A program made the translations under genes and the position numbers. Below, piece by piece: positions 26,469 through 41,151 of a stretch of DNA of 64,000 nt. Numbering within the stretch: the stretch's first letter is position 1; each line of letters starts with the position of its first letter. The stretch is from the human T2T-CHM13v2.0 reference genome, Homo sapiens, in the NCBI RefSeq assembly GCF_009914755.1, contig NC_060935.1; one strand, written 5' to 3'. The notes beneath the pieces are model-generated. The model searched no databases. It was not told the origin of the DNA and worked only from the letters and a program-made list of their open reading frames with translations.

Positions 26469-28290
26469 GTAAGTCTGTTATTCTAAAATTGCGTTGTATG
26501 CAGATAAGTTAACCATTTTTTAATGTTTCTAGGAGGGTTTTCAGGACATAGTTTATTGTGTAGATTGGAAAGAAGTTTTTAATGTACTCTAAAGCCACAT
26601 GCTAAGGAAGTGGGATGAGCATCTTTTGGGGATGAAATTTGCAACTTAAATCCAAAATTGATTTTAGCTCTTTCAGGATCTAGGGAAATATCTCAATCAA
26701 ACCCCCACCTCCAGCTCTGTTTTTTCTTTTTCCTTTTTTTTTGCTTTAAAGCTTTTGAGATATTATACAATTGTGTGTCATAGACCTCTACATTGCAGAA
26801 CTGTTGAGCCCTGACGTGCTTTAAGGTAGCCATAGAATTGATTGAACTGTTCTTTGACCAAGAATTTCCTTAACCTGAGTTAAATAAGAAGATCAAATTG
26901 TGTCCCTGCTTTCACAGTCTACAATTCTTTTTTTTTGGTCCTTTTTTCCTACTTTTTACCACCTTTCCAGTCACTTCAGTTAAACACAATTGTTTGATAT
27001 TAATGACAACATAGCGAATAGCCTTCCAAATACACTCTGGTTACGAAACATGCACTGTTACCTGTTGGTATTCTTTCACACTTGTTCTGTATACATTTTA
27101 AAATGCATACTGAGACAACTTTAAGGCAGTATGTTTACAATTTGTGATTAATTCGGTTGGTTTTGAATGACTACTTTTGCTTGCGTGCTGAAATTCTCCT
27201 AGGCTGAGTTTTACTTCTTTTCCAGGTGCAGACATTTTCTTACTATGACAGATTTATTTTATAGTAGTAAGATTGCATGGAAGAAAATACAAAATAAGAA
27301 AGATTTTAAAAGTACATTAGGAACATTATTGATAGAAAGTAGTCCTTCTGTTCATCTCTAATGGTACGAAAAAACAGTTGGCTTGCCTAGATTTACTCTA
27401 CTGTATATCCTTGAAAGAAATGATACTCTTATTGACAGATACTCTAGAATGGTACTTACTTAGTCTTGTTTCTACATTACACAGAATCGGTGGGGTTTTT
27501 ATTATGTGTACTCACTACCAAAAGTCCACATGTATACTGAACAAGGATTATAAATGGATATTTATTCACATACCAGCAATATGTAGAAGTCCTGCCTCCC
27601 TCTGGACTGCAAATGCTGTATTTGTATGCCAGTATAGTTCTTGCTCCATGACTATTCTGTTTTTTAACATTCCCTTTGACATCTTTTACAAGACCTTTTA
27701 CAAGATTACTTTGTAATGTGGCTATAACCATGTGCAAAGATGATGGCCAAGCAAGATGCTTACCTGCTTGGTAATTCAGAATGCTAATTAGAACAGGCTT
27801 TTGATATCTGTGGAAAAGTGGCAAGGGTTAGGAGTTCTGGCCTCAGTTTTGCTCCTAACTAGCCCTTGTGATTGTGTATAGATCATATTGCATTATGTCA
27901 GTTCTTCTATTTGTAAAATAAGGGAAAGCACCAGCAAGGTAAAGTGACTTGTGTAAAGTAACACAGCTAGTTACCTTATATTTGCATGGTATCTTACAGT
28001 TTCCTTTTTGGGGGGCTACTTTGCCTCTCTAGTAGGTACCTTAAACTTTTCAAAGAAGTTTTAACCCATTCTCAGTAACTTATACCTCTATGAAACAGAT
28101 AAGGGAAGGTTTTATTGTTCCTGTTTGTAGAAGACCTAGAAGTGAAGTGATGCAGCCAAGTTATCTTTCTAAATCTTTATTTATAAGCCAGGCCTTGTGA
28201 CATCTATGAATATTTTTATGTAATTAGGATGTTAAAAGTTTTACTTGAAATATAGAAAGCATGTTCTTAAAATTAAGGTTTTTCTTAAAG

Positions 28291-28387
28291 GTTCTGAGTG
28301 GTGTTGCTCAGCCAGTAGCTTTTGGTCAAGGACAACAGTTTTTACCAGTTCATCCACAAAATCCTGGATTTGTTCAGAATCCTTCAG
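28291..28387 (+). CDS. PCF11: PCF11 exon 9
   Basis: cttaaag|GTT...TCA G|gtatgt; 97 nt. Confidence 0.93.
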
Positions 28388-28863
28388 GTATGTACTTTCT
28401 GAACTTTGTTTTTCAAAAGACAAATGATTATTGTTTTGTTGAATAGCTAACTTTGTGAATTTTAGGAAATGACAGTTTTGCAAAGGTATATTTAATTTAG
28501 AGAAATTTAATCTGGCTGACATATTTTTGTTCCTTTTCTAAGTTTATTTACATTGTGGATGTGTATTCATAATGACCCTATTTACAGCTAGAGATGGTTA
28601 GCGGGGACTTGTAGTCCACTAAACAAAGGGAAGGAAACCTATTGGGTGGAAACTGGGAGTGGGAGGGAAGGTATGACATTTGTGTTGAGATAGAATGAAA
28701 TAAATGACAGACCTTAGAAATCTCAGTGAATACTGAGGATACTGCATTAATAAAGTTGATTAATTTTTATGTTTTTGTGGGCACTCAAATAGCAAAAAGC
28801 GGCTTTCCTAGCCAGGTTCACTGATAAGCATCTTTGTTACTATGGGGTGATGCTTAGTACTAG

Positions 28864-29186
<323 letters not shown>

Positions 29187-29647
29187 CAAAATGAATTTTA
29201 GTTTTAATATGTGGTAATAGGGAAGTACATACATTAGTGATACTTGCTTTCATTTCTGAATCATTGAAACAGCTGTTTCAGAAACATGCTTTACTGTAGT
29301 ATTGAGTTAATCAGTTTACAATAAATTTATGGAGTTTTCCAAAACTTCTGAAGTAATTAGGAAATCCTAGCCAAGCTCTTTTTTATACATTAGTCCTTAA
29401 ATTGTGTCAAGAAATTCAATGAATTTGGAAGCTTTTAAGTTTTAATTTCTACATGGACAATTATGACTAATTAATATTTGTTATTATTATTATTTTGTTA
29501 CTATAATGAAAAGAGAAGGAAAGAATTTGGGATCTAAAGCCCAGAAGACCAGGGTTGGAATCTCTACTATGTTACTTTATAAATGCGCAGGCTTTAAGCA
29601 AGTATCTCCCCTGAGGTTCAGTTTTTTCCCTCTGTAAACAGCATATG

Positions 29648-30067
<420 letters not shown>

Positions 30068-30171
30068 CTATATTAATGTATTTTCCTTTAGAACTCAGTT
30101 TTTATTGTTGAGCAGAGGATTTGTTATATTGGGGTTAGTGGCATGAGATGCTCTACAGAAACTACAAATTT

Positions 30172-30501
30172 TCTTGTTTCTTTCTTTCTTTCTTTTTTTT
30201 TTTTTTTTTTTTTTTTTTTTGAGACGAGTCTTGCTCTTGTCACCCAGGCTGGAGTGCAGTGGCATGATCTCAGCTCACTGCAACCTCTGCCTCCTGAATT
30301 CAAGCAGTTCTCCCGGGCTCAGCCTCCCCAGTAGCTGGGACTACAGGCACATGCCACTACACCTGGCTAATTTTTGTATTTTTAATAGAGGCAGAGTTTC
30401 ACCATATTGGTCAGGGTGGCTTGAATCCTGACCTCAGGTGATCCACCTGCCTTGACCTCCCAAAGTGCTGGGACTACAGGTATGAGCCACTGTGCCCAGC
30501 C
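30172..30501 (-). mobile_element. Alu, intron 9
   Basis: Long poly-T plus reverse dimer. Confidence 0.92.
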
Positions 30502-30857
30502 TTGTTTTGCTTTTACAACCTTGGGTTATATGTGTATGTGTACAGGACATAGCAGTGTCACAGAGGAAATCATAATTATTCCCCTTGTTAGGGGGTATTG
30601 AATGGGACATTAGGTGTGTCTTCATTCTTCAAGTTCTTCTTACTCTTAAAAGATGTGTCAACAGTTTTCAGTGTGCTATATTTAGCTTCTCTCAAGGTTC
30701 CTTCTCTAATTTGAAAGTGTAAACATCCCTTTTCTAGTAGGAAATATACCCATGTTCATTTTTCAGACATATATTAGTCATCTGCTGTATGCTAGGCAGT
30801 ATGCTAGGATGAATTTAATAAGGTTCATCCTTCAAAGACCTTTATTTTTATTTTTAA

Positions 30858-31004
<147 letters not shown>

Positions 31005-31039
31005 TAATATAGAAAGGCTATTGATTTTTTTTTTTTGGT

Positions 31040-31260
31040 TTAACAAAAAACACATAATAATGCCAAACACCTCAGTTCCTTAGAAATATTAATTCATTTA
31101 ACCTCATATCAATCTTAGGTAGGAACTATTATTACCCTTTTTACAGGCACGGGAAACTGAGGCATAGATAAGGAACTTGATTATGTCACACAACTAGAAA
31201 GTGGAATTTCTGGTTAAAATCCCTGGAGTCTGGTTCCACAGTTTATGCTGTTGGTTACTA
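31040..31260 (-). mobile_element. MIR
   Basis: ttttacagg...gaaactgaggcataga core. Confidence 0.7.
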
Positions 31261-31609
31261 GACTTGGCTGCCCTCAGACATCTGAATAGCTAATTGTGCA
31301 TCTTAGGCATATAAATAGCTAATTTAAAGGAAAGTAAAGGTTAAACTAGTGAGTTAAATGTTACTGTAATTGATTATTGAAGTTGATCTCTTCATTCATG
31401 TATTCAGACATTTAGTTTGAACAGACATTAATTAGCCTACGATATATAAGGCAGTATGATAAATGTATACAGTGGTTAAGGGTAGGGATTATCTGTATGT
31501 GGATGCAAATTGAATTTCTGCCATTAAGAGGAATTTTTAGTGGTTCAGAACTTTTCTGTATAGGTGTAGTGAGATGCATCATAGTGACATACAAATACAT
31601 TAAAATATT

Positions 31610-31921
<312 letters not shown>

Positions 31922-31942
31922 TAGTTAAAGAATCACAATTAT

Positions 31943-32303
<361 letters not shown>

Positions 32304-32739
32304 TCACCAATGAGGATTCCTTATCAAGCAGAACAAGATTGTTAGGCTTATCTTATTTATTCAAGTTATTGAAGCTTTAGTAACCATGACACCTTTTCAG
32401 CAATAGCTTGAGCTGCTTTGCAAGGGCAGTATGCTTTTTAGCAAAGGTCATAGGAGCAGGTATACTCTGAGCCATCTGATTCATCTCCCTGTTTCAGTTT
32501 TCCTGTTACGTCAGGGAGCATTGAGGTCAGGAGTACTTCCACTTAGGCTTAGTGCTAAGGGGTAATAAACTATTTCATCTATATAAAACTACTTTTTCCA
32601 GTGTACTTAGAAGATGAGGAAGAGAGATTAGAAAGGTGGAAAGTTGGAGATGGGGTGGTGCTGCATTGCTTGGGAGAAGGGAGCATAAAGGGTCATTATT
32701 TTCAGTGTTGTCAGCATTTGTTTTAGAATATATTCTCAA

Positions 32740-33338
32740 CTCCAGTGTGGTGATTCCTCAAGCATCTAGAACTAGAAATACTATTTGACCCAGCAATCCC
32801 ATTACTGGGTATATACCCAAAGGATTATAAATCATGCTTTTATAAAGACACGTGCACACATATGTTTATTGTGGCACTATTCACAATAGCAAAGACTTGG
32901 AACCAACCCAAATGTCCATCAATGATAGACTGGATTAAGAAAGTGTGGCACATATACACCATGGAGTACTTTGCAGCCATAAAAAAGGATGAGTTCATGT
33001 CCTTTGCAGGGACATGGATGAAGCAGGAAACCATCATTCTAAGCAAACTATCACAAGGGCAGAAAAACAAACACCGCATGTTCTCACTTGTAGGTAGGAA
33101 TTGAACAATGGGAACACTTGGACACAGGGCAGGGAACATCACACACCAGGCACAGTCGGGGGGTGGGGGGTCTGGGGGAGGGATAGCATTAGGAGAAATA
33201 CCTAATGTAAATGACGAGTTGATTGGTGCAGCAAATCAACATGGCACATGTATACCTATGTAACAAACCTGCACGTTGTGCACATGTACCCTAGAACTTA
33301 AAAGTATAATAAAAAAACAAAAAAAAAAGAAGGAAAAA
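32740..33338 (+). mobile_element. 5'-truncated L1PA (ORF2 end plus 3'UTR)
   Basis: ORF2 C-terminus MFIVALFTIAKTWNQPKCPS; G-tract; poly-A; 15-bp TSD AGAATATATTCTCAA (32725/33339). Confidence 0.95.
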
Positions 33339-33557
33339 AGAATATATTCTCAAGTCATGCTGACTTGTAGACCTAAATGAAAAGATAATCTTAGGGGCTT
33401 TTGAAATTAAACTTATTAATAAATTAGATTTTGTCAAATTTACTGTTGGCAGGACATCTTGAAGAAAACTTTGAAAAATGCTTAGTATAATTTGCATCTT
33501 TAAGTTCTACATTCACTTCAAAAGTGGTTTTTTTTCTTTCTTTCTTTTTTTTGTTAG

Positions 33558-33677
33558 GAGCCCTCCCTAAGGCATATCCTGATAATCATCTCAGTCAGGT
33601 GGATGTAAATGAATTGTTTTCAAAATTGCTAAAAACAGGAATTCTCAAATTGTCCCAAACTGATTCAGCTACAACAC
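33558..33677 (+). CDS. PCF11: PCF11 exon 10
   Basis: ttgttag|GA GCC...ACA C|gtaagt; 120 nt. Confidence 0.93.
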
Positions 33678-34186
33678 GTAAGTGTGATTTTATACTTAAA
33701 TTTACACAAAGCTTCATTAAGTTTTTGAGATGTATGATGTAATATAATGATATAAGTTATGATAAAGGTCCTTACAATAATTGAATTCCTAGGTATAGCT
33801 TTTATTTTTGATTTTCGGTTTATAATGAAATTCTTTTAGATTTCCTAAGATTGAACTACCTTATAGTGGACATGTGTTTCAGTTAACTAACATACCTAAT
33901 GTGCAGGCTTTTTACCAGTAATTGTATGTTAGATTAACTTTTGAAAAGGTTTTGAATATTAATGAAATAAATGACTTTTATTATAGATGACTTTTAAGAA
34001 ATCAGAGTTAACATCACATATCAAAATAAAAAATTGTATTAGGTTCCTTGGCCAGTAAACTTGAGATCAGAAGCACTGAATGGACTAGGTGGATTTCTCT
34101 ATTTGCTTATAATACTATAGTGTTCCTCTGTAGAGAATACATGGAGAATGGTATTAAGAAATTTGTATGTCTCTTCTTAATTGAAG

Positions 34187-34292
34187 AAGTAAGTGAAGTA
34201 ACTGCTCAGCCTCCCCCTGAAGAGGAGGAAGATCAAAATGAAGATCAAGATGTTCCAGATCTTACTAATTTTACAGTTGAAGAATTGAAACA
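34187..34292 (+). CDS. PCF11: PCF11 exon 11 (acidic)
   Basis: ttgaag|AA GTA...AAA CA|gtatgt; 106 nt; tandem AAG-AAG acceptor. Confidence 0.9.
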
Positions 34293-34493
34293 GTATGTAA
34301 TCTAATTTTCTTTAAGATAAAGAGGCAGTGACTTTAATAACACTGTTATAGTGGACATTGTTACTATTAGTGCTTTCCCTTTCCCTTTATCCCTTTTACT
34401 GTTTTAACATTTAGGAAGTCTTTTTTTTTTTTTAATGTGGTAAAATATACATAACATAGTCTTTGGGAAGCCTATTTTTAAATCGTCTTTTAA

Positions 34494-34811
<318 letters not shown>

Positions 34812-34986
34812 TAATCTGTGATACAGAAAACTTAGGGAGTTTAAATATTAGGTATTGATAATTCATGTATTCCTGTTTAGTTTCATTTTCTGTGTATCAT
34901 CATTTTTTCTGTATTGATATTCTTAACATTTTTGAGGTTCAGAAATGAGATTTTCATAGTTCAGCATTTACAATTAAAAAAAAATC

Positions 34987-35308
<322 letters not shown>

Positions 35309-35723
35309 TCATTTTATAAGTAATGTTAATTGTGGAAAATTAGAACATACTATAAATAAAATCAAGAAAACGTACAACTCTCACTTTATGGATAACAACT
35401 GTTAACATTTGGTGCATATCTTTTCATAATTTTCTATTGTATTATAAAAAACATTTAAAGATTTTTCTAGTGAATAAATTCATTAATCCTGTGAGTACTT
35501 TATAAAAAATAAAATAGTGAATGAGTTTTTCACTCTTAAAATCATTTTTTAAATTTGAATTAGATACTATAATGTAAAATCCTTTTTTTTTTCAAAGTAA
35601 TACTTTCACATAAAGGCTTTTAATAAAAGATGGCATCCCTTTCTCCTTCACCCAACACTGTACCCTAGAGGCAATCATTTTATTTTTTTAACTTTTCAAA
35701 CTATTTTTTCTGCCATTTACCTC

Positions 35724-36012
35724 TTTTTCCTTTTTTTTTTGAGACAGAGTCTCACTCTGTCACCCAGGCTAGAGTGCAGTGGCCCTGTCTTGGCTCATTG
35801 CAACCTCCGCCTCCCAGGTTCAAGTGATTCTCCTGCCGCAGCCTCCTGAGTAGCTAAGATTATAGGCACCCATCACCACGCCCAGCTAATTTTTGTATTT
35901 TTAGTAGAGATGGGGTTTCATCATGTTGTCCAGGCTGTTCTCGAACTCCTGGGCTCAAGTCATCTGCCCGCCTCGGCCTTCCAAAATGCTGGGATTACAG
36001 GTTTGAGCCACC
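35724..36012 (-). mobile_element. Alu, intron 11
   Basis: Reverse dimer. Confidence 0.9.
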
Positions 36013-36075
36013 TATTTCTTATAATACACATAATTTTCTGTTTCTTGATTTACCACATCTGGACATAATCTCTTA

Positions 36076-36401
<326 letters not shown>

Positions 36402-36559
36402 CGGGCGGGGGGTGGATTTAGCTAGCTCTTGTAGTGTCCTACTAACTCCCCTCCATGTAGTTATAAGACTGTTTTTTATTATTCAGTATTAATATTGTGA
36501 CTAGATGTTTATTTTGTTGCTGTAACAAAGTACCAGTGTTCTGTTATTTGCTTTATTCT

Positions 36560-36857
36560 ATTTTTTTTTTTTTTTTTTTGAGATGGAGTCTCACTCTGTG
36601 GCCCAGGCTGGAGTGCAGTGGCGTGATCTTGGCTCACTGCATCCTCCGCCTCCCGATTCAAGTGATTCTCCTGCCTCAGCCTCCTAAGTAGCTGGGATTA
36701 CAGGCATGTGCCACCACACCCAGCTAATTTTTGTATTTTTAGTAGGGACAGGGTTTCACCACGTTGGTCAGGTTGGTCTTGAGCTCCTGACCTCGTGATC
36801 TGCCCACCTTGGCCTCCCAAAGTGCTGGGATTACAGGCGTGAGCCGCTGTGCCCGGC
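36560..36857 (-). mobile_element. Alu, intron 11
   Basis: Reverse dimer. Confidence 0.92.
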
Positions 36858-37480
36858 TATTTTTTTTTTTTTTCTTGGAGTTAATAACTGCTCTGTTTGT
36901 TCACTTACTTGGTCTTCTATATATACCTGTTTCTTCCCAAATAGGGAGCCCAGAATTTAAAAAACTAATTATTTGTTGACCACAGCAAACTAATTATTGT
37001 TTCCCAATGGTATTCTAAGTTTTCTCTTTAGTTATCCATACTATTATTATTTCTTCTGTCCTTTTTTCACTGTTACACCAGAGTGGAGAAGTTGAATTAT
37101 TCAGAATGCCAAAGATCTAGAGAGGTGAAATTTAACTGTTCTGCCATGTCCATCTTGACTTGACTCCAAACTAAAATAAGCTAACTATTGCCTTGTTAGC
37201 TAGCACAGGATCATTTCATTTTTAGCTAAAAGGAAATAAATAACTGGGTCAGGGCTATCAATAAGAAGACAGGCTCCATCTTCCAAAAGTCACCAAAGTT
37301 AAGGTAAAGAGGGTCAATCACATTGTTAGAGAATAATACTGATCTTTGGGTATTAACTGTTTCAGCCAGCTCTTGGTTTCACCATTGTTACAGTATGGAA
37401 AATTGAAATATTTGTAATTGGCTTTTAAAGGCCATTAAGCCATATTATCAACACTAAAGATTATTTCTTTTTCAAAATAG

Positions 37481-37664
37481 ACGTTATGACAGTGTTATAA
37501 ATCGACTGTACACTGGTATTCAGTGTTACTCTTGTGGAATGAGGTTTACAACATCACAGACAGATGTTTATGCAGATCATTTGGACTGGCATTATCGGCA
37601 AAATAGAACTGAAAAGGATGTTAGCCGAAAAGTCACTCATAGACGTTGGTACTACAGTTTAACA
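37481..37664 (+). CDS. PCF11: PCF11 exon 12 (CYSC...H...H zinc finger, start of Clp1-binding region)
   Basis: aaatag|A CGT...ACA|gtaagt; 184 nt; QCYSCGMRF...DHLDWHYRQN...RRWYY. Confidence 0.95.
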
Positions 37665-37821
37665 GTAAGTAACCCATGTGCCTCCATAGTATCTTTTAGG
37701 CTTAAATTATATCATTCTAAAAGTATATTAATTTTAATAATTATTAAAATTTAATTTTAATTAAGTAATTTAATAATTTTAATAACTGCTGGAATCTAAC
37801 ATTGAAATTTCCTGAATAAAA

Positions 37822-38059
37822 TTTGACCCCTAGAATATAAACAGATTTTTTAAAAAATGAATTTTGAAGAGTATTTTTTTTTTTAAATTAAGATTAGAGT
37901 ATAGCATACAGGCTTGTTCTAGCTCTAAAAGTCCAAGGCTTTGACCCCTGGAATATAAACACATTTTTTAAAAAATGAATTTTGAAGGGAATTTTTTTTT
38001 TTTTAATTAAGATTAGAGTGTAGCCTACAGGCTTGTTCTAGCTCTAAAATTCCAAGGCT
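37822..38059. repeat. Tandem duplication, 2 x ~118 bp, intron 12
   Basis: tttgacccct...gcttgttctagctctaaaa.tccaaggct occurs twice with a few substitutions. Confidence 0.95.
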
Positions 38060-38326
38060 CTAGGACTGTTTTTTGTAAAAAAAAAAATATACTTGAAGCT
38101 TGTCTTTTTTGAATTAGTAGTTGTAACTATAGAGTTAATGGAAAAGATCTTAATTATTAGTTTCATGTTGTCATTAGTTATATGTTTCAAAGTATAATTT
38201 TAAATAATATTAGAGCATAATGTAGAAAATAGTATACCCCTACCTTTAAATGGCATTATATTGAAGATACACAGTAAAAATTTAGAAATAAATGGAATAA
38301 TCTTTTAAAAATCAACTCCTTTTAAG

Positions 38327-38482
38327 GACTGGATAGAATTTGAGGAGATAGCTGATCTGGAAGAACGGGCAAAGAGCCAGTTTTTTGAAAAGGTGCATGA
38401 AGAAGTTGTGCTCAAAACTCAAGAGGCTGCTAAAGAAAAAGAGTTCCAAAGTGTACCTGCTGGACCAGCTGGAGCAGTTGAG
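38327..38482 (+). CDS. PCF11: PCF11 exon 13
   Basis: ttttaag|GAC TGG...GAG|gtgaga; 156 nt. Confidence 0.95.
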
Positions 38483-38871
38483 GTGAGAGAAGAACGTTTA
38501 AGTTTTCTCACAGTGGGAGTGTCCCTCACTTCCTTTATGTAAATACTCATAAACACATCACTATATTTATATCCCTGTTTTAATGATTTTAAGACTTCTT
38601 GAAAGCTCTACTCTTCAATTTTACTCTTACAATCTAGCTTTGAGTTTCATAACTACAGTGGCCAAAAGCAGTGAAATGTTTACTCTTTTTACTGGAAAGA
38701 TTGACAGAATCCCATAAATGTATTTTGAATCATACTGTATATTGGACATTATTCAAACTTTTGGAACACTCATAAATTCTTTACTCCACTTAACAGTGTT
38801 TGTATATTTTTACTTAATGGGGTTAAATATGGTCTATTATGTAAATTTCATTTTATATGATTCTATTTTAG

Positions 38872-38964
38872 AGTTGTGAAATCTGTCAAGAACAATTTGA
38901 ACAATACTGGGATGAAGAAGAGGAGGAATGGCATTTGAAAAATGCTATTAGAGTAGATGGAAAG
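38872..38964 (+). CDS. PCF11: PCF11 exon 14 (CEIC, second zinc site)
   Basis: ttttag|AGT TGT...AAG|gtaatt; 93 nt. Confidence 0.95.
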
Positions 38965-39510
38965 GTAATTTTCATTTCTTTATAAGGAAGTGTTAAGATT
39001 AGTGTTTTTTTGTTGGGTTAACACATTACTTTGAAAGGAGGCGGTTCATAATAGTTTTTGTTTGATTTTTGGTCTTAATAAAAAGGGTATTGGACTTTAG
39101 TAATAGAATGTTTGAATTAGAAGGGATCTTAGCAGTCACCCGGTTCTGTACACTTTACACAGGAGGTTGCACTATTAGTCAGTGACAGACCCAGGACTAG
39201 GTCTTCTGAATCTAGTTAGTCGTTTTTCTGTCGACCCACACTATTTTGATTGTGGATTTATATTTCATCATCAAACTATACTGTGCTGAAAACAAAGCAA
39301 GTTAGGCTAGATACTTAAATGGGCCAAGAGAAGTCAGTTTTTCAGACTCTTTAAGCATAAGGATGAAAATTTGGTTTTATCCATTTTGGGACCAAATAAT
39401 TTTTGTCTTCTTTCCAAAGACTATCTTCTGGCTTAAAGTTAAAAAGAAATATCAGAATAGCCCATTAGAAATGAATACGCACATATTTACTTTTTTTCTT
39501 TTTGCTTCAG

Positions 39511-39546
39511 ATTTATCATCCATCATGTTATGAAGATTATCAAAAT
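39511..39546 (+). CDS. PCF11: PCF11 exon 15 (36-nt exon IYHPSCYEDYQN)
   Basis: gcttcag|ATT...AAT|gtaagt; supplies HxxC of the second zinc site. Confidence 0.94.
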
Positions 39547-39954
39547 GTAAGTTCTTTTTGGTTACTGTATTTGTTCTCATTTGCATTAATAAATTTTACT
39601 TTTCAGTTTTTTTTTTGCATCAGAGCAATATTGTTATTTTAAACTTAATATATTGAACTGTTTTTGTTTTTTGATATAGCATTTAGGTTGTTCAGTAAAA
39701 ACTGGTGCCAGATTGACAGAATTGACATATATGAATATCATTTTCTGTGATAACGCAAACAATTAAAATTTTGAAATTTATCATTCCTTGCATTTTATTC
39801 ACTTGAATCATGGTATCTTTTACTAGTCCACTAGGCCCAAAGAAATGTGAGGAAAAGTGAAGATAAGGATCCTGATGGGGATACGTTTCTAGAGCTATGG
39901 GTAGCATTTACTGCTATTTTTTTTTCTTACATCTCTATTCAGCCATCTAAATAG

Positions 39955-40266
<312 letters not shown>

Positions 40267-40341
40267 TAGGTATACTTTTTAATGATCACATACGGAATCT
40301 AAAAATGATACCAGTCGTTGACCTTAAAAGTTCAAATGGTC

Positions 40342-40646
40342 GGCTGGGCGTGGTGGCTCATGCCTGTAATCCCAGCACTTTTGGGAGGCCGAGGCGAGTG
40401 GATCACCTGAGGTCAGGAGTTCGAGAACAGCCTGGCCAACATGGTGAAACCCTGTCTCTACTAAAAATACAAAAATTAGCCAGGCATGGTGGCGGGTGCC
40501 TATAGTTCCACCTGATTGTGAGGCTGAGGCAGGAGAATTGTTTGAATCCAGGAGGTGGAGGTTGCAGTGAGCTGAGTTCATGCCACTGCACTGCAACCTG
40601 TGCGACAAGAGTGAGCTCTGTCTCAAAAAAAAAAAAAAAAAAAAAA
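40342..40646 (+). mobile_element. Alu, intron 15
   Basis: TSD aaaagttcaaatggtc. Confidence 0.92.
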
Positions 40647-41151
40647 GTTCAAATGGTCATATTTGTAGTCTGTTTTTAAAATCAAGTAATGGAATAAATA
40701 GGTTTTTAGAGATAATGGGTTGGAGGCAATTTGGAAGGTTTATTTAGGTTGTCAGAAGACTAGTGTTGAGGGTGATGGTTTGTGGGGATTTAAAAAATCC
40801 TCAGACTATTTGAAATTAGGGTAGTAACAAGTCCCAGGATATATGTATGAGTTTAACATCTATGTAGAGATTAAAATGTAGAAGCATGTCTAATCAACTT
40901 TTTTTGGCTGTATAATGTCCTATAACTTAGCTGTTAACTGCTTAACTCACTGCTGAGTACATATTGAACGTGCAATATATATTTTATTTCTGGTTGTCTT
41001 TATGGCACATTTTGTTGGGAGGCAGGTGTTTCATTTGCATTTGGTTGTATGTGTGTTCTCTTGTTCATACAAGGGTCTTACAAGACTAAATGTTATTTAA
41101 TGTGAGAATTTTGAACTTTCATCAGTACTCATAGGGCCTTTCATTTTGTAG

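Noticed and set aside
32840-33142. ORFs resembling reverse-transcriptase protein C-terminus (also 57654-59066)
   Set aside because: Fragments of 5'-truncated, frameshifted L1 ORF2; neither active elements nor genes.
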